Shown piece after piece: positions 13,086 through 26,240 of a stretch of DNA of 64,000 nucleotides (its first letter is position 1; every line of letters starts with the position of its first letter). Below the pieces are notes generated by a model. It was not told the origin of the DNA and ran no database searches. It saw nothing but the letters and a program-made list of their open reading frames with translations. The stretch lies in assembly GCA_964270895.1 (NCBI GenBank), contig OZ185440.1; one strand, written 5' to 3'. A program made the position numbers and the translations under genes. The stretch comes from Podarcis filfolensis. Lineage: Eukaryota.

Positions 13086-13315
13086 TACATCCGAATCCCA
13101 AAGAAGGGAAGTGCCAAAGAATGCTCCAACTACCGCACAATTGCGCTCATTTCACACGCTAGCAAGGTTATGCTTAAAATTCTACAAGGCAGGCTTAAGC
13201 AGTATGTGGACCGAGAACTCCCAGAAGTGCAAGCTGGATTTAGAAGAGGCAGAGGAACCAGAGACCAAATTGCAAACATGCGATGGATTATGGAGAAAGC
13301 TAGAGAGTTCCAGAA
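13086..13315 (+). mobile_element. BovB LINE RT N-terminal fragment, opposite orientation to the 11767-12647 piece
   Basis: Translates YIRIPKKGSAKECSNYRTIALISHASKVMLKILQGRLKQYVDRELPEVQAGFRRGRGTRDQIANMRWIMEKAREFQ, the BovB segment upstream of the minus-strand piece. Confidence 0.92.
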
Positions 13316-14413
13316 TTTAGTATTTATATAGCACTCTTTCTAAGTGCTCAAAGCACTCTTAAATCTGTGTTGTTAAATAAAGCCAGTTCCAACATACAGT
13401 CCTCTCCGGGAGAATTATTAGCAAGTATTAATGACACCTGAGCGTTGGGTCCCATTAAAATTGGCTGTTGCTTTGTATTCACTAGGTTTTGCAATATCAT
13501 ATTGGTCTCATTGGAATTCCTGATTGGGGAGAAGAAGCCCACAACAAGGCCTCTGTAGATAAACACAAGTTGCCAGGCAGCTCCTGAGTACATTAAGAAG
13601 ATGCTTGCCAGTAATCTGCAGCAGTAGCAGTGCCTCACAAAGCAATTTGTGCTGCACTACCAGGGATTGAAAGCATTTGCCAAGTTCAGTACTGGCACCA
13701 CTGTTTTGTATGACAGTTGTCAAATACCTCCAGTTGGCTGAAGTATTATTATTATTTTATTTATTTATACCCCATATTTTCTCCTGACAGGACTCAAGGC
13801 AGGGGAAAAATATGTGAAATATGTGAAGGCTTGCTCCAGGAACTCTTCTGCCATTCAGTGATGGTTGTAATATGTGTGTAAATAATCTTGCCTACTTTTA
13901 TCAGTGAAATTATTGGGTTTTTTTAAATAAAAGAGCCATGTAGAAAGTCTTGCAATTCAAACAAAAAACTCTTTTGTGAATAGTTGCATTACACAGTTGT
14001 AGTTTATGTAAGCTATGAGAACTTGGAGGATAGATTACACAGCTTTTGTATAGTATTGCAGTGGCAGGTTGCAGGAACTAGCTTAAAAATATTTCTAGCC
14101 TATAGCATAGAACTTTGGTATTATATGAGAAGTACATCTATATTAGCATAATAAGCTGGGTGCAGAAAATCTCTTGCTGTATGTTTTAGTGCTCCTCTGT
14201 CAAAGGGTTGTCTTTTCTACATTGTGAGAAATCCATGGGAGTGCTACAAGATAATGGGAAAAATCAATATAGAGCTGATCTCTTCCACCACATCCTCTTA
14301 AGGCACGAGGGAGGGAGACTGGCAAACCCATATGCGCCTTCCTTAGCTTCACAAGTAAATGAGGGCAATCCCATTGATTTCCATGCAGTTTCCTAAATGT
14401 ACTTATATGTAAC

Positions 14414-14478
<65 letters not shown>

Positions 14479-14483
14479 ATATA
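14414..14483. repeat. Compound microsatellite (TA)n(TG)n(TATG)n
   Basis: Direct reading. Confidence 0.95.
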
Positions 14484-17400
14484 GGAATCCAGCAAAATTT
14501 GTTTAAAAATACATCCAATTGGGTTTGGCTACTGTTCTCTCTGTACAAGTCTTTCAACAAAGGTCAAGACTTCTTCAGTGTCGTCACTAATAGCTCTTCC
14601 CATTTTTCTACGTTACAGTCTTATCCCTGTTGGGTTTACAAACATCACTGCAATCTTACATTTCCTAAGCCACAATACCTCTGGGAATTTGCTTTTATTT
14701 TACGTTCAAATTGCACTTTGAATACTTACTAAAGAGAACATTGATGTGATGATGTCAAATTAATTGCAGTGCCTCATCTTGAGCTAGTTGCTGTTATTTG
14801 CACTTTATAGGCAGGCAAGTAAGTTTGAGAGAGAATAAATTAGGAGCATGGTAGGTGAGTAAAAAACCAAATGCTTAGCTTGTAGCCTGTTTTCCATCCT
14901 GACCGTGGAGGAGGGGAATCTATCATGGAAACACCTCCTACTAGCCTCTTAGGCTAGTTGCTTTTATAGACTTATAAGGTTAGTCTCACACTACTTCTAG
15001 TTAGGTGTCCAAATCAGCAAACTATGATTAGTACTTCTCCCCATCCCCTGCAAAAAACAAACAAACAAATATGAATTAGAATTAGTTTTTTCCTGATTCT
15101 GTTTAAGAAAGTGATTAGGGTTGCCAAGTTGTTGCAGCAAACTATTCTGAACACTGAACAGAAAATAAAGGTGTAAGAATAGAAGAGGGAATAAATGAGT
15201 CTCTGGCACATTCTCAATTGTTTAGAAAGATCATCTGAACTGAGTAATTTAGTCTACAGCAGATTTTAATTCAGAATTCCTATCTAAGTCCTCTATTATT
15301 ATTTTTAAAATGCTTTGATAAAATCATTGATCTTCATATGAAGGGCTTGATGGAACATATTTAGCATATATCTTCTTCCCTGAATTTTCTGATTGCATGT
15401 TTCTGGGTGTATGGTTTTTTTTGCGGAGTGGGGGGTGACAGATCATGGGAGCATGCAGGTTGTTATTACAATTTGACACATTCCCAAAGCCATCCTTGTC
15501 TGTTTTAAATTGTTCAGCACTACCATTGTTGTCCTTTGTCATGTTATGCATGAGAACATGCAGGTGATAATTGGGGAAAGTAATATACTTTTACTTTTGC
15601 CCATTCCTTTTGACTGCTCCCATAACCAGTATTCCTTGGAGTGAATGACCTCCTCTGAGTCAGTAATATGGCAGAGTAGTGACAGTGGTGGCTGTGGGAT
15701 CTAGGAACTATTCAGTAGTAAAGGCAGAACTACAGTAATAAGAACCCTGCAGTCCCATACTCTTCACTCCTTCCCTAATTCTCCCCGTATTAATTCCTTA
15801 GTCCTCTCCTATTTGTTTAGAGTTATTTCTGAACTGGTGTAACCATAGTTATCCTTTAAACCAGAGATTTGTTTAAAGTTTCCGAGAGTGCTTTCAGTCT
15901 CTGGTTTAAAGGCTATGGTAACTTTTATTTATGCCAGTTCAAGTGTAGCTCTAAAGCATAATTAATACAAGAAAGGATGATGAACTTTGCATGGGCAGAG
16001 CTTCAAGGGAATGCTCCACTAGTGATCATTCAGCTATGGTTTTGCAACCAGTGTGGCATCTAAACTTCATTGTTGGCATCCATCTGTCTTGGGAGACAAT
16101 GGAGAAGTGCACCTTTGGGGGTGAGGTCAATCTGTTGGAATTCAGGCACCAGGCCTGTTGGCATCTGAACTGTGCCTGTGTGAAAAAATCTTCACACTTA
16201 TTACAATTATTAACATTTGAATGCTTACAAGGATTAGGAAATGGCACTTTTGTGGCTTTGGATACTGCAGCCCTTGGATATTCCATTGATGGGATTCCTA
16301 AGCCACTAGTTTCTGTCTGGGGAGGGGTGTCAAAGATTACTAAAAGAACAGTTGTATTACAGATTGCCTTGAGAGGTGCTTCAGTAGTTTTAACATGGAG
16401 ATCATGCATATGGCAACTACCATAATAGCAGCAATTCCTGCCTTTATCTTTCAGATTAAAACTCTTGCAAATGTGTGGCTAACATTTAGAGGAAATGAAG
16501 TGTGTCCCCAGATAGTGCTGGCGGCCAAGAGTTTGGAACCTTGAAACAATGAAGTGAAATTACAGAAGGTCAAATGCTTCCAGAATACACTAGCAAAATT
16601 GACTCTCTGTTCTGGAGAGATAATTATGAAATACAAGGTGGTGAAGTACAGTGTAGTGTGTAATTCTGTGGGAATAGGTGCTCAGCTTATCTTCCACACT
16701 AAACTACAATAAAATGAAATAAACTCTTTGAGGACAATGCTACTGCCTACAAACCCATAGCTTCAGTCCAACTTTGTTCACATGATTCCATAAATCCTTC
16801 TCCCCATTTTACAAAATACCTTGGAATCCAATCTGAGTTCAAAGTCTCTAGATCTCAAGAGTGATTTTTATCTTTGTAAATAAGCATAAATGGTTTCCCT
16901 TTGTAGACTTTCTAATGACAGGTGCCAGAATACTCTCAAAATATTCTATGAGTGTATCTAATACCTAATAGGGCACTGGGCCAGTAAAACAGTTATAAGA
17001 AAGAGCTGGAAGAAGGAAGTGCTTGGGGTCTTTGCTTGGAATTGCAAAAAGGTTTTCTGAAAAGTGTTCACTGGTAGCATTTGCTTCATATGTCCCCCCT
17101 CCCGCCCACCCGAGTCTTTACAATAATTTTCAGCTTGCTTAACTTCCTTTTACTTTCCATTTCCCCATTTATTATACAATCATTTGATTGTGCTGTCTGT
17201 ACAGAATGCATAAATTGCATATTTGTGCATCTCTATGTGCTTCATTTTTATTTATTTTAAAATGTTGAAATAAAGGTTTCCATGGTGTCTTACCTGTTTC
17301 TATTGCACTTTGGAATATAGGTCAAGAGAAGGACATGTTTTACTTTTTGTTCAGGAATAACAGGATTCACTGAGACATGTGACGGGTGGTGGTCATTTTC

Positions 17401-19685
17401 TCCACATTTTACATTGTATTTGATATTACAAAAGGGAGAAGAATTTAACCCCCACCTATACTCTTATTGCTTCAAGTGGTTGTATCAAATTTAATCTAGG
17501 TATGGTAAAAATGGCAATTATTTCTACAATAAATGAAGGGTGGAAATTGATTTCAAGGTGAGTCATTCCACTTTTAAGTGAGTGATTCCCCTCTGTGTGT
17601 ATATAACATGTAAATGTACATACTTGTATGCAGTGTAGTACAAGCAGTCTAGCCTAACTCAAAATTACTACTAGATGATGTCAACACACTATTATGGAGT
17701 CTGATCAGTTGTGAGGGCCTCGGTTTGTATGGCAGAATACACTTTCAGCCCTATGTATGATGTGGATAAAGAGTGTGCGCCTACTGACCCCATAATCCAA
17801 ACGTTGGTTGTAAACTTTACTGTATATACTATATTTCCTGTCAAGTATTTCACATCAAGTTGTAATCCAAACATCTCAGATTTTCCCAAGCCTTTCTCTT
17901 TTTCACATTCTTTTCCTATTCGCTTCCTCCTTGCTGTTTATTGGTCTTGTACTTTCCATTATGCTTATGTAGGCAACTGTCTAAAGAGATTCCTCTAATA
18001 ATTTGTTTACAAGACTTCCATTAAACACAGTTTATTGCTGGCTCTACAGTTAGGCTCCCAGATAATCGCTTTCACTGAAGCAAGTTGCTTTAAAGATCTT
18101 TAGTAACTGTTATAATCTAGTTTTCCTTCCTGATGGAACCTGTTTGTATAACTTTATGCTACGGTGAACCAAGATAATCTGATGTCTATTAAGCCAAAGT
18201 AGTTTGTCTGTTTTTGACTGTAGAATTATGGTGGTTTGAAAGGCTACTCTATTACAATTGCAGCTTTGAAATCATGCATAGTCACAAGGCTCTCACAGTG
18301 GCCAAACCCACTTTCACCCGCCTCTGGTATGTAGCACTTGATGTGTTAGCCAAGATTAAATGTGGCCCTAAGGCCAAGAAAGGTTATCTACTTTGTGTTA
18401 TATTCCATCTGTGAAGAAAGCATTTAGTCTTCTCTTGATGCAAAATTAACAATTTTAGTCTGTCCAGTAACTATCAGACCTTACCTTAAGCCTAGTCAAA
18501 TGTCACAAACATTTCATTTTTGTTTACTGCTTTTTGTTGTGAGATTAGAACTGGGACAAAGTAGGGTGAAGCTGAAAAGAACAACACTAGAAAAACAGAA
18601 GGGACAACTGCACAATATGCAAAGTCCTCTATTCCCATACTTCACCACTGAATATCATGGCTGCTGGTTTTAAGAAAAACCCTGTATGCACATAATGCTC
18701 AGCCATGGTTTGTTAAACCACAAGTTAAGTACAGGTTTCCCCACAGTCCATCAAACCATGACTTGTTTCCCCAAAATTTGTTTTATTTTCCTACTGCTTG
18801 TACATTATAACTATGACATTTAGGGTGGAATTACCAACCAAATTGTTAAGGATACTTATCTGGGCATACCTTGTAAGCAAACAGACCATAGGTGAACTTG
18901 GCTTGCCTATAACGTTGAACCAAGTCTAGATGGGAATATTTTGAGGACCTTCCCTTTAGCCGGGTCCTCAGTGGCATTAGGAAATAGTCACTGCATCACT
19001 TGTTGATCCAGTAAATTGAGATGCTTTCCAAACAGCTATGGAGGAAACATGTATTAGGAGAAATAAAACTGCTTGCATTTAGAAAGTTGCTTAATAAGTA
19101 GAATTTCTAGGTAATTTGAATCAAATGTTCCAATCAAAATCTCCATTGAACTGTTTGTTAACTTGATATTGAGTATCCAATGTGTAAAAGGCAGTTGATC
19201 AAATAATTGGTTAGATTCAGGGGCTAACTTCCAGTTAGGAGTGCTTCCAGTCTAGACATTTTTCCTTCCGTGCCAGTTTTACTAGTGGCCCTTTCTGCTT
19301 TTTCTATAAGAAGATGGTAACCTGTAGCACATAGGTTACATATGAACACCCAAGAATTTTATTTTATTTTTTATTTTTATTTTTTGCAGCCCAAAGACCC
19401 ATCTAAGTTTCGTCATTCCCCCAAATTAAAAATTAATTGTTTTAGCTGCATGTATATCTGTGTGGGCTAGAAAAAGACAATACTTTGCTTGTGCAGTAAG
19501 CAGAAAATACATAATCTGTTGTGCGGTGCTGTGTGTTCGTGTTTGTATGTAGCGGAGGGAGGGAGCACCAATTATTTTAAATGTCATGTGGAAGAGAACA
19601 GGACACCAAAACACCTTTAATATTTGCAAAGTTTTACGCTTGGGGGCAATATGGTTTATCTACTTGAGTAGGGAAGTCCTGAGTA

Positions 19686-19872
19686 CAGTCATACCTCGGG
19701 TTACAGACACTTCAGGTTGCGTGTTTTTGGGTTGTGCACCGTGCCGAAGCTGGAAGTACTGGAACAGGTTACTTCTGGGTTTTGGCGCAGACGCAGTGCT
19801 GCGGGTTGTGAACGCTGCGGGTTGCGAACGTGCCTCCCGCACGGATCACTTTCGCAACCTGAGCGTCCACTG
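19686..19872. mobile_element. Tc1/mariner MITE
   Basis: TA-flanked; ends cagtcatacctcgggtt / aacctgagcgtccactg; CpG-rich interior. Confidence 0.8.
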
Positions 19873-20437
19873 TACTGTGTTGATCCTTTGCTAGTTTTTT
19901 CCACAGGTTGGTACATGGATGAACCTGCACACTTCATTTAAACCTTTCCCCCCTGTACTTTTTTGTCACTTTCCATGCACCAGAAATACTAACTTGTCTC
20001 TCCCAGGAGAGGAGAGGTGCCTGTCTGTAAAATGTCAGGGAACATAATACCAATAGATTTGGGCTTATTTTCAGAGAGAAGCAGAGAGAAACAGTCATGT
20101 AGGGTGAGGTCCTCAGACTATTTGTTTATTTCATTTCATTTCCTGCCCTTCATCAAAAAGTCCCAGGGCAGGTTACAGCATTAAAAACTATTTAAAAAAC
20201 CCTTCTCTTGGCACTTCCAAGGCCCATTGCCCCCCCAAAAGTTGAGGACCCCTGCAGTAGAGGATGCACATGGGTTTGCCTGGTGCCAGTTTCATACATA
20301 TAGTGAAGTGATGTACATCACTGCTACTGGGATGTTTAGGTTGCATATTTGTGGCAGCCAATAAAAAGCTGCTTAGTAGAAATTGTCATAGCTTCTCAGC
20401 GATTTCCTAATTCGTTTCTCTGTTCTCTTGCTTTCAG

Positions 20438-20540
20438 ATTCTCACAAACATAAAGATAAACACAAAGAGCGGGAACACAGACACAAAGAGCACAAGAAGG
20501 ACAAAGACAAAGATCGAGAGAAATCTAAGCACAGTAACAG
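20438..20540 (+). CDS. TOP1: DNA topoisomerase I exon 3 (N-terminal H/K/D/E-rich)
   Basis: ttcag|ATTCTCAC...AACAG|gtgag; (D)SHKHKDKHKEREHRHKEHKKDKDKDREKSKHSNS. Confidence 0.96.
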
Positions 20541-21749
20541 GTGAGATTGCTGGTTGTTGTCAGCAGGTTTGTTGTCCTGACATGCAAAACTAGGCCTGGA
20601 AACATGTGAACGGGGTTGCAAGATTACAGTCAGAGTGCTTGTCAGCTGGCTACTGGGGAGGTGGCACGCATTGCACTTGCTTCATGTGATCCCATCTGAT
20701 TGGGCTATTGGCATACTTCTCAGCTGTTTCCAGCCATAGTTGGGGGAGATGTGGATATGATGCAGTCTCAGAGATTGGCTAACCCAGTCAGGCTGTTGTT
20801 GGTCAGATAATATTGTGTCTACTATGCCAATAAGTACATTGGCTGGCCTAAGTATTGGGCAAGGCAAGAAGCCTGCTTTAGTCACTTTTGTTCACATACT
20901 CTTTAACTTTGCAGGAGATGCAAGGTAGTTCACCACAAATTAAAGCCAATAGTGCTTGCTCTTGATAGGCATAGCAGTCCTTTGGTACTTGGCTTCCTTT
21001 CCCTACTTCAAAGGTCTCCACATAAATTGGTGGCCATTCTCATTGGAACTCTTGTTTTAATAATCTTCTCAAGTCATAAAGTGACACTTGAAATGGTAAA
21101 TTCAAGACAGCTATTTTGCTACTGTTTGGGGGTTAACCAAGTTACATGTAAGTTAATGTTACTGAGGTTAAAACCTGTGAATAACTTCCAGATATCAAAT
21201 GATGGGGCTGCCATTCTATGGTATATATGACTGCCCTCCCTTTTATTCACATAGCCTTATTTTGTACCTAAACAGTTACACAAATTTAACCTTTTAACAA
21301 GTTTAACACCTTGATCCCTTTTGTGCTTTTTTCTAAACTTGAATACATTTTAATAAACCATTTCATGTTCCAATTTGTGATAGATGGGAGATATTTCTGA
21401 GCCAACATAGCTCCAAAACTTATAACATTCATATACCTTGGAGGCAGAGGCTGTAAATGTCTTGGCTAAGCTGTTGCACACTTTACTGGTTGCTTAAATC
21501 CCAGCAATGCTAATTAACACACTTTGCAGGGAATGGGGGTGGTGTTTCACCTTGTGCTTCCAAATGTTGCTAAATTGTTGTGAAACTCTCTTCTCTCCTC
21601 CACCCACATTGGAGTGTTTACAGCTTTTTAGAACAGGACTTTTTGCATAGCATAATGCAAAACCTGCTTGGCTTTTGGCTCATTACTTCAATGTATTTCT
21701 TGTCTATAATCTCAATCACATTGCAGCCTTCCAAAAGATAATATATATA

Positions 21750-21801
21750 CCTTAGAAGGGGAGCAAAAAACCCAGCCAAATGGGTGGGGTGTAAATAATA
21801 A

Positions 21802-21841
<40 letters not shown>
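21750..21841 (+). repeat. L2-type tail with (ATT)n microsatellite
   Basis: cccagccaaatgggtggggtgtaaataataaa followed by (att)n at ~21805-21841; mirrors the L2 tail at 10451-10510. Confidence 0.7.
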
Positions 21842-23740
21842 GTGAGAACACAGTGGATAAGGGGTAGACAGTGCCACAGGCTGTAGCACATGTAGCACCT
21901 TATTCATCATACAGGTGTTTACTTGTGTCCATTCAATGAATTATCCATTCAATGAATCTTGTGTGACAGTTCTGCCCAAGTGAGGAGCTCTTAGTTAGAA
22001 TTTATATGCAGACAAATTAATTATGGTATGTAGAGCTTTTCAAGTATGATTGCTTAGTAATTGTATTCATATTTTACTGTTTCCTAAACCTTAGAGGCTT
22101 TTTAAATGAACATATTTATATACCAATCACCTTGTATTCCTTATCTGGCTACCTATTCATGATGATTTCCTGCACTGACTAACACAGTACTTTGGCTCTT
22201 TCTTGAAGGCACACTGTGCCCCTTTACCTTATTCAATTCAGTAGTACTTACTTCTGAGTAGACACAATAAATTGCCTTGTCCCATCCAAGCATGCACTGT
22301 GTAATGGGCATGATACAATTATAATAGATTCATTGAGAACATAATATTTGCAATTTGAAGCACTTCAAATCAGGAAGTGTATACTGAGATGGCTCCCCTG
22401 TGTGTCGAGGTGATCAAGCATATGAGTGTATCCTGCCTCTTATGCCGCAGATCGCCTATATGGGGGCTCAACGTGAACTGACTGCATAACTTGGATCATG
22501 CATTTAATTCAGATTTTTTCTAGGATATTGCTCTTGCAATCTTGGCCCATGTGCTTTAGGGTTGGATTCATGTACCATATTTAGAAGTTGTCTGGTGATG
22601 TCTGGGACAGGCATGCTGAGAGGGCAAGTAGGGGAGGTGCACATTCCCCACTTTGTATAACAGGAATATGGTAAATCAGTGAAGAAATTCTGTCACTTTT
22701 TACAATACATAAGTGCCACAAGGATTAGGCTCAGAGTGGCTTCCTATGTCATATTCAGTGCAGTTGTTGTTTTTTTGTTTTGTTTAGTTCATCTCCAAAC
22801 AAGAAGCTACGTCTTAACTCTAGCAATGCCATTAATGTTGTGAGCAATTTCCAGAGAGTACAGTGATGCCTACTTGAAGGAAACACTTCCTGAAGGAATA
22901 GCTGTGCATCAATCTACTAATAAAGTAAAGTGCTTTTTGCAGAGGTTTTTTTTTAAGTACATCTCAGAATAAATCATCAAAATACTTCGCTTCCTGTGAA
23001 TCAAATCAAAAGCTTTTATGAAAACAAGGAACATGGAGCAGAAACAGATGCAAACACAGAGTAAAATACTTCATAGGAGCAAAAATATTGTTTTCTAGCT
23101 CTACCATGCTTCTCCACACATAATTGGCCAAAAGAACCTTTCAGATTCCTGTGCTGAATCTGAGTCCTCCACTTTGGTGGACCACAGAGTGGAGTAGTGC
23201 CTCCCCTGCAAAAAGAACCACCACCAATTTTCAGTCTTTACACCAGTTGCATGTTGTCTTATGCACTCTGTCGGAATAAGAATTCTGTAGACAACACTTA
23301 AAAACCACGTCATTAGACATTAGGCTATTAAGGCCCTTATAGAGTTGTTTCAAGGATAAAATGAAGGAGGGGAGACCAGGTATGCTGCCTTGAACAACTT
23401 GGAGGAAAGGTGGGATATAAATATAAAATAATAAAAGTTGTGATCCCAGCTCAGCTATGAGTGAAGACTGATTCGTGCAACAGTCTCTAAACCTGATTTG
23501 TGCATAGACGTGATCCATCCTTCATGATTCAGAGGGGAAGCTACGTAATGCAGCTTTTGGTGGCAAGCTGTGAGCTGATGTTTGAAGGGAGCAGAGTGTC
23601 CTTTACTATGATCTAGCTGAAGGAGAGGCTGTCAGGAAACAACTAACCATTCATTATCATCCTGCCCCAGGCTGAGGAGTAAAAGTAGCTGCAACACACT
23701 GCTGTCCTACATCTGGGAAGATAACTGTGTTACACTAGGG

Positions 23741-23876
23741 CAGGCTTCCTCAACCTTTGCCCTCCAGATGTTTTGGGACTACATTTCCCATCATCCCTGA
23801 CTACTGGTCCTGCTAGCTAGGGATCGTGGGAGTTGTAGGCCAAAAACATCTGGAGGGCCGAGTTTGAGGAAGCCTG
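23741..23876. mobile_element. hAT MITE with perfect 8-bp TSD
   Basis: TIRs caggcttcctcaa / ttgaggaagcctg; TSD cactaggg at 23733-23740 and 23877-23884; palindromic interior. Confidence 0.92.
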
Positions 23877-24095
23877 CACTAGGGCCAGTTGCTTTGCCTA
23901 CTACAGAAGGTAAGCTTTCCGAAAGGGTAGTCTGTGCCTGTTGGCCAGGTTGAGAATTAAGCAATGAATGCAGCTGCAGTGTTCTCTTCTTGGAAAAGGC
24001 CAAAGTAATTTTGTACGGTAACTTGCCCTGCAAGCTTCCTTACTTGTTCTGAACCTTGGTGGAAGAAGGAATTCCAGAGCTTGCGCAGGAGAGCC

Positions 24096-24345
24096 AGGGC
24101 TGGCCCTACCATTAGGCAGAGTGGGGTTGCTGCTTCGGGTGGTAGATGCTGAGGGACAGCATTCCCCTGTATTGAAGGATAGAGCTGTTTGTGCCAACAG
24201 CCTGTCCTGAATCCTCTCAATTAGCATGGTGCCCTCAAGAGCCATGGAAGACACTATCCTATTACCACTGATAGATCCAGCTGCCAATCTGCTTGGCCTC
24301 TGTATGTAGAACCGGGGCTTTTTTGCCTCAGGCAGCAAAACACCA
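24096..24345. mobile_element. Old hAT-like non-autonomous element remnant
   Basis: cagggctggccctaccattaggcagagtggggttgctgcttc head and ttttgcctcaggcagcaaaa end, typical of squamate hAT derivatives. Confidence 0.45.
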
Positions 24346-24404
24346 CCTTATTAGTTTTTGTCTGTGCCAGCAGGAGATTATTTGCACATGCTGAACATGC
24401 TTTT

Positions 24405-24560
24405 TAAAGCAAGGACTGGATTGCAGTGTAGATTTGAGTCAACTGTATTGCCTGATCTCAGGCTGACGTATGATCCAGGTTGCCATCCCCATATCATCCA
24501 TTTCCCACCTGTCAAATGGGGGAAATTATGTCCTCTCTTTCACAGGATGGCAATCTTTTT
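24405..24560 (+). mobile_element. MIR-like SINE remnant
   Basis: Core catttcccacctgtcaaatgggggaaattatg. Confidence 0.45.
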
Positions 24561-26084
24561 ATTTTTTTATTTTTTATTTTGGCACATAAGCTGGGTGACC
24601 AATCTTATTCATAACAAACAGGCATCATTTAAAATGAGGGCTTATGTCTTGATGTGAGGTGCTCCAAATAGTTATTGTCTGATTACAAAACGATATTAAG
24701 TTAAATGACACATTTGCTTACCTTCATTTATTAGAGGCTGTACTGGTCTGTGAGTTTTTTTCTTCAGAGACACATACCATTTGTTGGTGGTTTTTTTCCT
24801 ATTTTCTGCTGTCATGCAAATTAAATCTCTTTTTTCCCCCGTTGAGAAGTTTGCTTGTGGTGACATTTTGTATGTGTATGTTCTCTAAATAGGTATTTGT
24901 TACCAGGAAAGTTCTTACTGTGTCTGTCTTTTTTACTTGTCAATTTGTATAGCTGTGGGGTGCATGTGTTTGTGACTGAAGTAGGGGAACTGATTGTAGT
25001 GCTGCAGGTGACAAGAATTCGTGTCAGTTGTATTTAATACACCCAGGTAGAAGTAATGAAAAAAAGATCAGAGGATGTTTTAGCAGTAGAAAAATGTGAA
25101 GAATCTTTAATGTGCCATGACTAAAAGCTGGCTAAAAATTTGTTGTGTTCCTGCAATTAAAAACTGTTACGTTTTGCTGGTGTCCATGTCTGTTGGAGCA
25201 CAGCATAGTAGCAATTAACCTCCATTATAGTGGCCAGGTTTTGATGATTATCCATTGTTTTATAAACCATGGTTTTAAGAGGTCTCTTCCCTTTTCACTA
25301 TCAACACTCTGTTCGGTGCAACAATCCTGACTTCATTAAACCTATTCCCTGTTGTACCCAAACTACATCATACAACTCTGGCTTAACATTGGTTAATAAA
25401 CTAGCATACTTAGCCAGGCTAGTATTGATCCTCTCTTAATTCTTTACAGCATCTGTACATTTTCCCCCTTTATTTTTCTTTTTCTCTTTCCTATTTTCTC
25501 TTTCTGTTGAAGCAATAGAGGTTGGGAACCCATGAAATGTGCAAGTTTCTCTAGACAATAAACCATGAATGGGTAGAAAGAAGTATATTCTCTGTCCTCC
25601 AAGCAAGGAGCGGATGACATTTAGGCATTCCTAATTCAGCATCTGCTTGCTTTGCAACAGGCAAACAGACAGCAAAAGTCAGACCTGATTGTTAGATATG
25701 AAGTTATGTAACTTAACCTTTACAGCATCATTTTCATGAAAGGGGGTGTGTGTCACAATTGCATAAAACAAAAGTGAAATAAAAATACTGTTAGCCAGTT
25801 TAAGTTTATTAGATGTTGTAACAAGTGGGCTTTCCATTTTATGAAAGTTGGGTTGTTGAAATAAATTATGTGGACCGAAAAAGGTTGGCCACTGTGGGGA
25901 ACAGAAGATTGTATTAGAAATTCCAACTTTTTGTATTTGGTAAATATGATTTCTTTATATGTAGTGGTTCTTGTCTTAAATACTTAAATGATGAAGTGAC
26001 TCAAAAATCCAAAGAAATTGCATCCCATTTTTAAAAGGACTAAATGTTTTATGGGCATTTGGAGAAGGTATATGACGCTGAAGG

Positions 26085-26240
26085 CTGGTATTATATAGTG
26101 TTTAACCAGACCTGGGGAGACCCAGGTTCAAATCCCCACTTGGTCATCAAGTTAATTTGATGAGCAGAGGTGATCACTAGTCTAACCTTTTCAGAGTGGT
26201 AGTGAGCTGAAATATGGGGAGGCAGCACATGCACTTGTTC
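26085..26240 (+). mobile_element. CORE-type squamate SINE
   Basis: ggtattatatagtgtttaaccagacctggggagacccaggttcaaatccccac (A/B boxes); homologous to the 883 copy. Confidence 0.6.

Noticed and set aside
15991-16425. Antiparallel 144-aa and 127-aa ORFs
   Set aside because: No motif similarity that I recognise; compatible with chance. A BLASTX or PhyloCSF signal would be needed to revive it.
1-20437. TOP1 exons 1-2 or promoter
   Set aside because: No CpG island and no MSGDHLHNDSQ- or IEADFRLN-like exon seen; presumably upstream of the window.
23901-24338. 145-aa minus-strand ORF
   Set aside because: Runs through hAT remnants; no domain.
25987-26081. C/D snoRNA candidate (ATGATGA...CTGA)
   Set aside because: No convincing terminal stem or recognisable rRNA/snRNA antisense element; the D box sits at the edge of a SINE head.
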